A DNA stretch of 64,000 nt from the NCBI GenBank assembly GCA_013239625.1, contig MU054323.1, positions 11,989,815 through 12,053,814 of the forward strand, given 5' to 3'. Source of the DNA: Lama guanicoe. Its lineage: Eukaryota. Of the stretch, positions 39,147 to 51,801 are shown piece by piece (position 1 is the first letter of the stretch; every line of letters starts with the position of its first letter). A model generated the notes under the pieces. The model was not told the DNA's origin and searched no databases. It saw only the letters and a program-made list of their open reading frames with translations. A program made the translations under genes and the position numbers.

Positions 39147-40568
39147 CTGTGGAGACAAGATAACAGGTGATCAGGACTGTTTCTATCACTGATCCCATCC
39201 TTGGTGGTCCCCCAGTGGTAACAACTTTCTCATCTCCTTGTTTACACTCCTTCCAGTACTGGCTGGATCAAACTCGACATCCAAATGTGGGCTCTGGCAG
39301 CGTCTCTTCCACCACCTCCACACCCTGTGTAACGAATGATTCCTACTTCTTCCGACACTCCGAACCAAGGTTTCCCTCCTTGCTGCATGTACGCGTGCTG
39401 CACTCTCCGTTAGGAATATCCTCCTCCCCCAGCCTTCCTGGAAGAGTCGTCCTTTTTCTCCTCAGTTCTGTGGGACATATTTAATGATTTGGGATATGTT
39501 CACAATATAATCTCAACAGAATTAAGGGGGACGTGAAACTCTCTATGTAACATGACCCAAAATCTGTTTAGAAAATGTTATATCCGGATCAAAAGATAGG
39601 GAGATGATAGATAGACAGACAGACGGATGGAAGGACAGATAGAAGAGAGAGTGAGATGGAGCAGACAAACAGGATGACAGCTGGACAAATAAGTGTAGAA
39701 AAAAGATCAGAGGAATAAGCAAAAATATTAGCAGTGGTTTTCTCTAGGATCTGAGAGTAATTTTAATTTTTCCCTATACATTTCTGTATTTCTAAAGTTT
39801 TCCACAAGTTCGTTACTTATATAAGCTGAGAGAATATTAAGTATTACGAATGTTTTCAAAAGAGGGGCCTCACTCTGCTGTCCCCACAGCTATGAAGCCT
39901 TCTCTCCTTTGTGGTCCCTGCCCCCATACTTCATCTTCTCAGTTGTCACATCAGGCTGGCCTTTACTGACCCCATTCTCTCCCACACTAGGCTACCCCCC
40001 CTCCACCCAATGCCTAGTGCAATCTTATGTTGTAAAAGGTGCAAAATAAATGTTTGCTAGTGAACCAATCTCCAGAGCTGGACTCCACCTCAGCCAGCAG
40101 TCTCTCCTGAACGCACATCCTTACAATGACCACATCCCCCCAGCTGTAGCAGCCCCACCTTATATTTTCATCACACTACATTCCAATTCTAACTGCACAA
40201 CCACAGTTATATCAGCTACACAGCTGGAAGGGTCATCTGGTCTACCCGCCCCCCAGAGTTTACAGCTGAGACTTACGAAGAGTTGTGATCTATTCAAGTT
40301 CTCATCTGAGGTAATGACACAACCAGGATAAGAACCCACATCTCCAGCCCTCAGCACAGTGCTCTGCCTCTCAGCCACCCAGTTGTCTCCCATCTCTATG
40401 TGGCTCCCTAGGCTGTGTCCCTGCTCCCTGCTCCTCTGCCCTTAGACGTCCAGAGGAGAGAAGCATTACCACCTGGTCCACCACACTCTCCCACTCAGGC
40501 CAGCTTCCCAGATTCCTAAACACAAGTGCTTCAGGGAGTCTCTGCCTCACCCAGGCCCCCATACTCAC

Positions 40569-40743
40569 ATCATCCAAGTCCTCTTTGCCCAGCTTCTGAA
40601 GCACTGTCAGGTAGAACTTGAAGAAGAAGCTGAGAGTGAGGGTGCGCCGGAACTCAACCATGCCACCTGGGGCGTCTGGGGACAAGGACATCTCCTCTGC
40701 CAGGCCTGTACACACATCCTGCAGCAACTTCTCATTCCAGAAC
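40569..40743 (-). CDS. XDH: XDH exon 15 (175 nt)
   Basis: [58 protein letters not shown]. Confidence 0.96.
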
Positions 40744-40799
40744 CTGCCAGAGAGCAGGCCATGGAAAAGTGCTCCCATCCAGCTCCCAGAATCACTTGT

Positions 40800-41190
40800 G
40801 TGCAGTGGTTTGCACAGGGCCTTGGAGTCACATGAACCTCGGTTCAAAATTTGGCTCTAATACCTATGGTTATGAGACTTTAGGCAAGTTACTTAACCTC
40901 CTTGAGCCTCTGTATCCTCACCTTTAAAAATAGGTACAATTTTTAAAAAGGCCACAAAAATAATAACAGCTAAATCTGTTGAGTTCTTAACATGTACTAG
41001 GCAATGTCACAAGTGCTTTATATAAAACATCACTTTTAATTTAAATTAAAAGTTATAGTATGGGGAAATTTATACTCCTTTTACCAATGAGAAAGCTGAG
41101 GCAAGGGAAGATGAAGTGACTTGACTTATACGACCCATCTGGGAACTGTTGGAGCCAGGGATTGGAACCAAGAAGCCAAACTCCAAAGCT
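40800..41190. mobile_element. Two MIRs in opposite orientation
   Basis: ggcaagttacttaacctccttgagcctc... and atgagaaagctgaggc...aagtgacttg. Confidence 0.7.
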
Positions 41191-41274
41191 AAACTTGATC
41201 TGGGTGGTTATTGCAAGGATTTCATTGGATGGTGCCAGAAAAGTGCTTGGTACCACTGTAGCCATAAAATGGCC

Positions 41275-42103
41275 ATAGTAATAACGTACCAGCGGGAACA
41301 GCAATAGTGGCGGCGGCAGCAACAACAATACTAGTAGTAGGAGTACTAGCAGCGACAGAAGCAGTAACAACGGTGGTCGTGGAAGCTACAGTAATTGTAG
41401 AAGCAGAAGCCGTAAGGCAGTGGGAGAAGCACCAGGAGTAACGTCAGGAACAGCAGCCCCAGCGGCACTGTTAGTGGCAGCAGCAGCGGCAGCAGCAGCA
41501 GTGGTGCAGTCAGGAGCAACGGGCAGCAGCAGCACTAGGTGCGCTGGGGGCAGTGGTGGCCGCGGTAACAGTAGTAACAACAGCAACAGTAGCAGCATTC
41601 ATAACAGCAGCGGTAACAGCAGCGCGGCAGCAACACCGCGGCAGGAACGCCAGGAGCAGCAGCAATAATAGCACTGGTAGTAGGAGAGAGAGCGCTCGCA
41701 GTAGCAACGGTAACAGTAGCCGGAGCCACAACAGTAACATTAGTCAAAGTCGTGGCGGCAGTAGGGACAGCAGTGACGGCAACAGCAGAACAGTAGTGAC
41801 AGCAGCAGAAATGACGAGCAGCGGTAGTTTCAGCAGTAGCAGCAGCAGCAGCGGTAGCAGTAGTAACAGGAGTTGTAGCTGCAGTAGGAAGCAGTAACAG
41901 CGTTAGTAGGAGCAGCAGTAGCCATGCCAGTAGTAGCACGGCAGCCAACGCTGCCAGCGGTAATGCTACGAGTGGCAGCAGTAGTCAGCCACACCAGTAT
42001 AGGAGCAGCCATGGCAGCAGCAGCAGCAGCAGCGATGGTAACACTCTTAGAGTCACAGTCGCGGCAGCAACAGTGGTAATATTGGCGGCGGCAGCAGCAG
42101 CAA
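41275..42103. repeat. Degenerate trinucleotide array, (GCA/GTA/ACA/GCG)n on + and (CTG/CTA)n on the XDH sense strand
   Basis: ~830 bp of 3-periodic sequence; the longest pure run I saw is (GCA)6 at 42014-42031. Confidence 0.92.
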
Positions 42104-42127
42104 TTTCCTTTTGCCGTCAGCTCTTAC

Positions 42128-42312
42128 TTTGACAGCTGCTTCCGCGTGGTCTTGAGGGCTGAGATGGTTCTGTCCGCCATTCCGCCGTAGCAAAGGGCCA
42201 GTTCCTTTACTTGTGTGGTTCCAGGCTGGAACAGGACTCTCATGCCACAGGTCACCTTGGCTATGTCATCTTCTCTCCGAGAGGCCTGCTTGAATGCTGA
42301 GAAAAACTCACC
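42128..42312 (-). CDS. XDH: XDH exon 14 (185 nt)
   Basis: [61 protein letters not shown]. Confidence 0.96.
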
Positions 42313-44420
42313 CTAAAAATAACAGAAAAGTACCAGTTTCCCACCTGGTTTTGCAAGGGCTGTACACAGACGGCCTGAAGCAGGGACACGGGTGAGGTGA
42401 GGTGGTAAGACCATCACAGAGCAGCAAGGAGCTGGTGGCAGGGATCAAAGATCGAGGCCTAACTATTGCCTTTCCAGAAGTTCCAGATAACATTCCCAGA
42501 AGCTGGGAACAGGCCAAGATTTCCCCCTGTCAGTCAGGAAAATGTAAAGTCAGAGACACAGGAGAACTGGGTGCTCTCAGCCCAACAGCTGGAGGAGGAA
42601 AGGTGCCTCCATGAAGGCTCCTCAGAGCCCTACTTAGCCCCCCACGTCTTCCCCATTCTGGTGCCCAGTGTCGTAGTCCACCCGGCCTCCCCCAGGGCTG
42701 TGCTGAAGCCTGTGTTGGCCTGACCACCTCTCAAGCAGGTACATTGAGATGCCAAAGGGTGTTTGAAACACAGCTTCAGCTTTCGGCCTCCACAGATGCT
42801 CTCCCTGACTTGTCTCTCTCACCTGACTACAGTTAGAAATCTTGTTTCCTGAAAGAAAGACTTGCTGTATGAGGCAATAACTGCCTTTGTGCTTTGAACA
42901 TACAATTCCCCTGGGTTTAAGCCAGGCTCTGTCTCTGGGGAAGGAGAATGTGAGTTGCTTTCCAGGTAAGAGCCTTCTGTGTCAGGTTCTGCTTGAGGTT
43001 TGAACTTCTCTTGGAACCACAAGTTCTGATTAACTTCCAACGTGGGAAGTTTAAGGAAAGGTTTATTGCAGAAACAAGGAGCCCCACTGCTGAGGTCCAA
43101 AATGGCCTCAGGCTTTTGTTGAAGAAGCTATAGAGACCCCACCTGATGGTAAAGCTTGTCCAGATTCCCAGTGTCTAACATGGTCCCAGGGCAACGAGCC
43201 CAGAACTTGAACTCAGTTCTGGAATAGAGATTCCAGCTGCTGCCTTCCGGACTGTGCCGGTCCATGGTGATAATTTACCCCGGGGTTCATGCAATGTCAT
43301 CGTCAGGTCATCAGCTGTTCTCTCTTGAGAAAACCTTCCTAATTCTGGGTATTAAAATCTCTTCCCATTTATGAAACGTTTTTTGTTAATGTCCCCACCT
43401 GGCAAAATAAAAACTGGGCAGTGCTATGCCCATTTCCTCCTCCTTTCCCCACCTTCTAATTTTAAAAAATTACTGATTGGCGAAATACAAAACCTCTGGG
43501 AATCACTTTTCAAAATTGTTTACAAGGATAAGCTGGAAAATCATTAAGACATGACCTCAGGGACAAAACTGCTCTAACTGAATCAGCATTCTTGTTCAGG
43601 ATGTCAAAGTCAGCAAGGGCAAAACATGTCTTGTAACATCCGCTACAGAACTGCCTGCAGTAAGCCCTTAGTGCTCTCCTTTACCGCTGGCTCCCGGCCT
43701 CTCACAGATCACTTTTCTAAAAGGCCCATTGCAGAAAGTGTGGGACAAAATCACACCAGGTCAAGATGCCACAGGCCCCGGGGAACAAGAGCAAGGCAGC
43801 CAGAGGCACCCAGACCTGCCCCAACAGATCAGAACACCTGCTCGTGAAGCAGAAATCCATCTGAGCCAACCTGGGGTGAGGTCCATGAAAAAAAACACCT
43901 CGCCAAGCCCAAGGTCAGCATGTGAGGACCCGACTCACATGTAGCTTCTCCACTCAGCATGCAAACCCCACACTTCATCACATGAAACCTAGGACAGGGA
44001 CAGCTGGATGTATTTCTGGAACTGTGTTGCTAGCTACCAGCTGGTAGTCTCCACCAGCTCCCAGACATCTGTCAGGAACCATTTGAATTATTTCTTTTCA
44101 GTCCTCTCAGTAACCTGTACAGTCAGTAACATTTATTGGGTCCATTTTACAGAGGAAATTGGGTATCAGAAAGTCAAATGACTCACTCAGGATCACACAT
44201 CTACCTGTCTGGTTTCCTAGTCTATGCCCTGTGCCTCCTACCCTGAAACTCCTCAATGTCCCGAGAGGAATATGGTTGGCTAAAGGCAAGGTTCAAAGAC
44301 AAGAACATCAGTGTTAAAGCTGAGAGATGCTAAGTTTGGTCCCTGCGGCAAATTCTGGTCTCCCTGTCTGGAGCTTGGCAGGAGTAGGAGTGATTCAAGA
44401 TGCTTCAGACAGCATCTTAC

Positions 44421-44530
44421 CTTCCTGCTATAGGGGATCTCAATGGAAAGCAGTATCTCCTCTGGACCTAGGAGGGTCTTTCTGTAGCCGGGGAAGAAGG
44501 TGTGATCCATTGGAATCGTTCTCCTGGTGC
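44421..44530 (-). CDS. XDH: XDH exon 13 (110 nt)
   Basis: [37 protein letters not shown]. Confidence 0.96.
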
Positions 44531-44819
44531 CTGTCCAGAAGCAAGATAAAGAGGGACCAATGTGAGGAAGCATAAAACAGCTCACCAGCCAAATTCTCCA
44601 TCCTGGTGTCTGATGCCCACAGGCAGAGGGAGTGGCTGGCACAATGGGGACCAAGGTGCTCCAACTGAAATCCTTAAGCAACAGTATGCTGCTGACTGTT
44701 TAAGAACTTTCTTTTCTTTGAGAAAAAACCCTGATTCATTTTCTGTGGTATAAATACTCCTACCACAGCCAATGTCAAGTTGTCAGAGCTACATCACTAA
44801 ATGTGAAGTTAGAAAGAGG

Positions 44820-45368
44820 GTGGCAAAGAGTTGACACAGCAGACCTGCTATCCTCTGAAAGGCCTGCTAACAAGGTTGGCTGTTGGCTGTCCTCTGGGAA
44901 TTTGGATTTCAGGAGCGCTCCCACCATTCCCTGGTAAGAATGGCTCACTGTGCCTAAAGTGTTTGTACAAATGGTTTATGCTGACCATCTTGCTTTCCTT
45001 CTGGGAGTCTGGGCTTCTGGTACATGCCAGGCAGAGCTTCGCGACTGGTCCCCAGGAAAAGCCCTGGGTGCTTAGTCTCTAATGAGCATCCCTGGTGGAC
45101 AACCCTTCACATGTGTTGTCACAGCTTGACTTAAGACTGGGGAAATGGAGCACGTCCTGTGTGACTCCACTGGGAGGAGGCTCTGGAAGCCAGTGCCTGG
45201 TTTCCTCCAGACTTCACGCCATGTGTCTTTTGCTTTTGCTGATTTTGCTTTGTATCCTCCTGCTGTAATGTCATAGCCATAAGTAGGACTCCATGCTGAG
45301 TTCTGTGAGTCCTCCTTGACCTCCTTAGAGTCATCAAACCTGGAGGTGGTCTTGGGGAGCCTCCAACA
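44820..45368 (+). mobile_element. ERVL-type solo LTR (MER68-like) nested in a MER63-like hAT relic (~44690-45652)
   Basis: tgctatcctctgaaaggcctgct...aaggttggc...gggaatttggatttc...tcttggggagcctccaaca, recognised by eye. Confidence 0.7.
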
Positions 45369-45868
45369 GGGAAAGATGCACAGGAGCACCCCACTATGTA
45401 GCATCTCCACTCCACAAATATAATGAATGGAAAACCACCTCAAGGGCATAGACAATGGTAAAATGAAGTAAAATAATCAGGAAGTGAATTCTGAGTATTC
45501 ATTACTTTTGTTTTTAATATAATTTATTTCATTGTAAGTTTATATAGTATAATTGTTAATAATGGCCATGTTTAACAAATGCTCCAAGTCCTTGAAAACG
45601 CAGCTATCAGCTGTGATGAGTGGCGTGTGTACTCTGGCCCCAGCCCACCACTAAGTAAGGATGACAGGTCCTGCTGTGAATTCTTGGTAAAGTGATGGTC
45701 CAGCTCTCCTGGCCCCCAAGCTCTGTGCATCTCCCTTGCAGTTGCCAGAGATCCAAACTTAGGGGAAGCTGCATCATTGAGCTTCAGGCTCTATTTCCCC
45801 AGAAAGTGAGACTCCACCCGCTTCCCCCATCAGGCCCTCTTTCCTGACCTCTGCTTGAGGCAGCTCAC

Positions 45869-45962
45869 CTCTGGACACGATGGTCAGCTTGGTCCCACTG
45901 GCCATGAACACAGGGTTGAGGTCGGAGATGGGGCTGGCGGTGATGATGTTCCCTCCAATGGA
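45869..45962 (-). CDS. XDH: XDH exon 12 (94 nt)
   Basis: [31 protein letters not shown]. Confidence 0.96.
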
Positions 45963-46929
45963 CTAGGACAAGCAGAGAGTGCATGAGAGCCTGCCCTGCC
46001 CTGGGAAACTCCTGCTCACACAGCCGGCTCCCGGACACACTGAAGGTGGGGGACACCTACTGAAGGGAGAGCTCTGAGGTCCTCCTACCCCTGCAGACAC
46101 AGGCTCAGCACAGTGAGAACGTGGGCATTTAGGCATGCACAAAACTTGAGATCCCAACACCTGGGACTGGGTCCCAGCTCTGAAATTTACCCATCGGTAA
46201 ACAAGGGTCAGCCCCTTTACATTTGTTTGTTTGACTGATTTCACCCAGACTTTTTCTGAAAGGGTTGAGGTGGTTTATCACAGAGGACATAGAGAGTTAG
46301 TAAAAGAGAAATGAAAGATAAAGATCAAGGAAAAAGAGGAGGAAGCCTTAAGGATAAACAATTTGTTCTCATTGAGCTTCCTTGGCAAAGAATATAAGGA
46401 GTATCAGACACAGGGTCCCCATAATTAGGAAACAGGAAGAAAACCACCTGCTCCAGGAAAAAAAATCCTTCCTGGAAGCAGATTACACCAGAGCTGGGGG
46501 ACTCAGTAGAGCTTCCTGGGTTTATGCTCCTCACCCATACTCGGAAGAGGCAGGTGCGTGGGGTGGGGTGAGGGGATGAGTGGCCTGTTTTGCTTTGTTA
46601 TTTCGTTCTGATTTAAAACAACAACAAATTGGAATGGAAGAGCCAGCTTTCCTTCTGACACTATCAGTGGTTGTGAGACTCAGCACCAGGTGTGTGAGCC
46701 CATTTGCAAACTGGGAATTTGGAGGCTGGTCTGAAAGTTGATTGAGAACAGTCAACAGTTGTGCCCCTCCCTTCTCTCAAGGGGTCTATCTCTGGTTCTC
46801 CCCCGGACTCTGAAAGGCAGTCCCCTGCCCTGTTTTGGCTTCTCCCTAACTTAGCTCTCATCCACCTGCTGGCAGCCTCAGTCAACTTCAGGAAGAGGGG
46901 ACAGGCCTCAGGAGTAAAGACTGAGTCAC

Positions 46930-47115
46930 AGCTGGAGAGCTTCCCAGAATGGCCCGCAGGCCACCTCATCAGAAGCACCTGTGGGGTTTGGTAAACACCT
47001 GCTCCCTGGGCTCCATCCCAGACCTGCTGGCAGAATCTCTGAGGATGGGATCCAGGAATCTGCATTTTTAACAAGCACCCCAGGCAATCCTAAGCACTAA
47101 AGTTGGAGGCCCATG
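46930..47115. mobile_element. MER5A-like MITE
   Basis: catcagaagcacctg...ccaggaatctgcatttttaacaagcaccccagg...cactaaagttggag. Confidence 0.75.
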
Positions 47116-47195
47116 GGTTCTGCAGCAGAAGTCAGACCAGCAACCCCTGCCTGGAGATGAAAATGCCTATCCTGGGCCCCCGAAGAGGGACTCAC

Positions 47196-47347
47196 AGCCA
47201 CTGACTTGACTTGCTTCCCAGCAAACCAGCGCAGCTGCTCCAGGACACCTCTGAACACCTCTGCTTTGTGGGCAGGAAGCTTAGCAACTGCATCAAGCAG
47301 GGTCTTTTCCACGCAGCTCAAGCAGCAAGCGGCTCCAAAAGAGATAC
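47196..47347 (-). CDS. XDH: XDH exon 11 (152 nt)
   Basis: [51 protein letters not shown]. Confidence 0.96.
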
Positions 47348-47950
47348 CTGGGAACATATGCTCAGGGTAACAGCTATCCCCACCACAGCTGGGAAAGCCC
47401 TTCCACACACAGCCCCTACGAAGCTTCACAGCAACCCGAGGAAGGCTGAACCAGGACTCACATCCTTATGTGGATGAAGAAATTAAGGCCCAGAGAGGCC
47501 AAGTGACCTGCCCAATGCCATACAACTAATAAAAAGGCCAGAACTCAACCCCAGGCCTGTTGATCCTACAACCAGAATGCTCTTTTCTCTAAATCAGTGG
47601 TTCTCAACTCAATAAAGCAGATCTCTGAGGGTGAAGTCCTGGCATTTTTTTAAAAAAGCACCCAAGAACTCCTCCCACCTACTCCCAATTGCCATGAGCG
47701 ATTCTAATGTGTAGCTAGGATTGAGAACAACTATGGAAAATCTCAAGCCCCTTGCCCACTCGCACCCCATCACAGATGCTCAGGGGAGGAAGGCGGGGAC
47801 AGGTGCCTGATTCCCCCGTGCAGGGTGGCTCCAGAAAAGGCAGGAAGCAGTGAGAGCTAGAGGGGAGGCTTTCCCAGCACCCACCACCCACCATGGGACC
47901 CACCTCCTGCACCCCAGCCCCTCTGTGGGCTCAGGAGAACCTCCCCTTAC

Positions 47951-48043
47951 CCTCCGGTCCATGCTCCACTGAATTCAGCTCAGGGATCCAGGCTGGGCAG
48001 ATGATCACAGGAAACAGCTGATTCTTAAACTTCATGTCAATGC
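47951..48043 (-). CDS. XDH: XDH exon 10 (93 nt)
   Basis: [34 protein letters not shown] acceptor. Confidence 0.94.
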
Positions 48044-50199
48044 CTCGAGAGAAATGAGAAGCCTCAAGTTATAGGTCCCAGTTCATTTGTTTGCCACCAC
48101 TGCACACAGGATGGAGGGCATATTCACAATTGTAACGTACTCTGAGGATGTCTGGGGATTGGGGGTGCAGGGGATGAGATGTGGGATTAAATGCAGTTTC
48201 CACACTCTCAGCCTGAAAGAGATGTCTTTCCCTCTCAAAAAAATCCCACCAGCATTCAAACAGGACAAACCTGAATTCGCGTGTTTCTGTGTGTGCATGA
48301 GTGTATGTGTGTTTAATAACAATATCAGAAAACACAGGGCATTAAAATAAGTCAGGAACCCTTCTAAGCACTTCATATATTTTAATTCATTTAACTTTAA
48401 CAATAACCCTGTGAAATACTGTCATTTCCTCTGTTTATAGATGAAGAAACTGAGGCACAGGGAGGTTGTTTTTTGCCCACATTACACAGCTAAGAGTGGG
48501 CACATTTCAGCACTGGAGCAATTATTAGAGTTGGGATGTAAAAATAATAATATGAAAGTCTAACATTCGGACAAAAATGGAAAATTGATTGAAAGAGATA
48601 ACTTCATATCTGCCTCCCCGCCCCTGATAGCTGTCTGAGTTCTTAAGGTGCATGGCTTGGGGGGACCACATGCCTGTGTCCAGTTTCTGTCCTTCCAGCA
48701 AAAGAAGTTAGAAACCCCTGTGAACAGACGTGCTCTGTTCCTCAGACCCATGAGCACAGCGCCACTCCCAGCCCCGCCACAGGGCTAGAGATGGAAGAGT
48801 TAGGAAAGAAACGTCTGCCTCGTCTCCACCTTCTCTCCTGCCGTGCCGTTGAGGGTCTCTGAAGGGTGGCCTGGCTCTGAGGAGTCTGGCCTGTTTGAAT
48901 ATTAGCTCATAGGATAAAGACTACAGATGGAGGCAGTGAATGGCCCATCCTGATAAGGCTCTCTCTACGCCACCTTTCCCTGACATCAGGGCTGTAGGTG
49001 AGTACCCCGTGGGGATGTGCAGAAGTGGGGAGCGGGAGCAGCTGTGGAGTGGTCTCAAGAAAATATTTCTACCTTGGAGTTTATAATATCTTTGTGAATT
49101 CCTTTCCCTTGGAATCTAACTGGGTCCAGACATTGTGTGACTCATGGCAAGGAACATGTCATACGTCAAAGGACCGCAAAGATTCTTCCAGCTGGTCATT
49201 CTCCACCTTGACTCATGCTACCTTGGACCCTCGGGCCATGGCCACGCTGATCAGCATGATCACATCTCCTGAGGCACATCTCACAGGCCACCCTGCCATC
49301 CCAGTGTATCACATTACTGCAGAAGGGGACTCTGTACTGCACCTGAGCTCACCAAGGGGCCCAGCTCTGCACTCTGCTAGCACGGACCTGAGTCAGGCCC
49401 TCCTGTCTGTGGCTGCAGATCCAACCAGAACCCAGAGCTCAGGGGCTCCTTCCAGAGCCAGAGCCTGGAGACCCCCCACAAGCTAGACTTGGCCGCTTAA
49501 AAGCATGTCAAGTCCCCCCAGACCAGGGGTCCTCTGTGGCAGACCTTGGCTGTGCTATGATTCTTCCCTTGGATCCTCAGTGGATTTGGGGCCCAGCCAA
49601 GTGGAAACTGGCCAAGCTGGGTTTAGAAACGGATGGAGATTAGCAGGGACCTGGGAACCTCTGCTCCTGTGTCTTCAAGCACCAGGGTCGAGAGCCATCA
49701 TCTTGAGTCTCCTGGACTCATCACATATCGTGGGCCTCATGTCACAGCTGGTGGCACCACAGGGCAGGTGGCCATGGTCACAGGCAACATGAGCACAGCC
49801 ACAGCTGGATGTCTCCTCTCCCCTGCCTTACCAACCACCCCCAGAAAAAGGGGGACGGGCAAGGGAGTGACATTTATGGAACCCCAGTGTCTGTCGGGCA
49901 CCAGCCCAGACCGTTGACCTACATGGCCTCCTCCTCCCTCAGGCTGGGAGACACTCAGGGAAGGAGTCTTGTCCAGGTGACCTGGGGACACCAGCTCTCC
50001 CAGAGGACCTGGCCCATGGCTGGCTCTCTGAAAGGTTTATGGAGAACAGCCAGCAAGGATCTCGGCTAACACTCAGAACAACCATTTGAGGGGGTTTTGC
50101 TACCTCCACATATGAAATGGGGAAGAGGAGACAGAGGAGGAGAAGTCCGTTTTCTGAGGACTCAGCTGCCAGGGCAGAACCGGGCAGACGGGCCCTTAC

Positions 50200-50341
50200 C
50201 GATCTCCGTGTTCCCCACCACCAGCTTGGCCTCGGGGTGCCGCGCTTTGAGGTCCAGCAGCTCCTTCAGGGTCGAGGCCTGGATCCAGGTCACACGCTCC
50301 CCTTCAAAGCGCAGCTGCTTCTGCGGAATGTCTTTCAGCCT
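50200..50341 (-). CDS. XDH: XDH exon 9 (142 nt)
   Basis: [47 protein letters not shown]. Confidence 0.96.
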
Positions 50342-51331
50342 CTGGAAAAGGTCGTTTTCTTACTATGCTGCCTCCGCCTTCCCGCTGCCGTTCCCAGGGC
50401 TGCTGCTCTGAGTTCGCCACGGGATCAACTCTGCCACTGACTCGTTTAATACTGAATTCAGGATGAAAATGCACGTCAGGGCAGAAGCACTGGGAAACAC
50501 TATGCACGGTGGCAGGAAGTACGCTGCAGCTGTTTTATAGATGTCATTTCACTTAGTCTTTAGAAGGCCTCAGTGAAGGGGGCACCGTTAGCCACATCTT
50601 TTACAGGTGAAGGATGAGCCTGAGACTCAAGGTTATGGGACCTGCCACAGGTCACCTGCCACAAGGTGACTTGACCTGTCCCACACTGTTTCCAGGACGT
50701 GCGAGAGGAGATGCAAGGCAGGAAAGAAGGGGCGTCAGAAAGGAATACAGTGGAGGGCTGGGTCTAGTGCACGAATGGTGGCGCAGGACTAGGAGACAAC
50801 CCCCACCTCCCCGAGCCAAAGTGATGGTTTTTCCAAGGTTCCACAATCCAGACAAAGATATTCCAGCAGCCTGCTGCAAAGCCACTCTCTCTGGCCCACT
50901 GAAAGCAGTCTGTGTGTGCACACCAGCCCCTGAGAAATCTACACTTGAAAAGCTCTGAGTGGCTTATTTTTTGTCAGTGTCCTTTGAACACAGCTCTCTT
51001 TGCTTGTTTGTTTGTTTATTTGCTTAAAAAATGGACTGCTTACAGAGAGGAGAGTGGGTTGCTTGAGGGTTATACATTAGATTTAGCCAGGAGGTCAGCA
51101 AATCCTCCTGGAGCTCCTGTTGCTGGACACGGTGTACCAGAGAGACCCACTGCCTGTCCTCAGAGTGCCACGTGTGAGGAGAGGAGGGCGGGTCCCTGTG
51201 GGAGAGTATGGCACAGGGTCTGAGAAAGGAAGGGAAACTCAGGCTGAAATCTACAGGACAAGGAGGATCCAAAGGTCCCAGCAGAAATGAAATAAAGCAG
51301 GTCTCCAAGGGGCTCCAGGGGCATCACCTAC

Positions 51332-51418
51332 CAGCAACTCTGGGGGGAAGATGGGCTCCTGGGTGGGGTCCAGGGGCATGAACTCCTCGGGGTTGAATAA
51401 AGACGGCGAGAGAGTGAC
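51332..51418 (-). CDS. XDH: XDH exon 8 (87 nt; 90 nt if the upstream CAG is used)
   Basis: [35 protein letters not shown] acceptor. Confidence 0.93.
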
Positions 51419-51735
51419 CTGCTGGAGAAGGGAACATATGAGTGGTATGCTGTCCCTTCCTTTAAAATGCCCCATAGGACCAGCCCAGCCCTTTGTCCAG
51501 GTGAGCTCGGCCACAGCCCCCAGCAGGCTGATGGAAGGGCAGGTAGCTCCTGGGAAGCAAGGACAAGGAGGTCTTGCCAGAGGACCCAGGGCTAACGTGC
51601 ACACTCACTGCCCTCGTGGTCTGGCCTAACCAGTTCCTCTCCTGGCCCCCACTGCCCAGAGTGTGGAGGGGGCCCACCCGCTGCTTTAATCTGAGGTGGC
51701 CCCCCAGGTTTCTGGGCAGAGAAGGACCCACCTAC

Positions 51736-51801
51736 CTTGTTGTCCTTCTGGTTCATGCAGCAGTTTGGGTTGTTCTCATTTCCTCCACAGCATCCACCAT
51801 C
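51736..51801 (-). CDS. XDH: XDH exon 7 (66 nt), linker
   Basis: DGGCCGGNENNPNCCMNQKDNK; ctag/gtag ends. Confidence 0.94.

Noticed and set aside
41053..42012. Several Leu-, Ala-, Ser- or Cys-rich ORFs on both strands
   Set aside because: These are by-products of the triplet array. Frames shift repeatedly and there is no exon structure.
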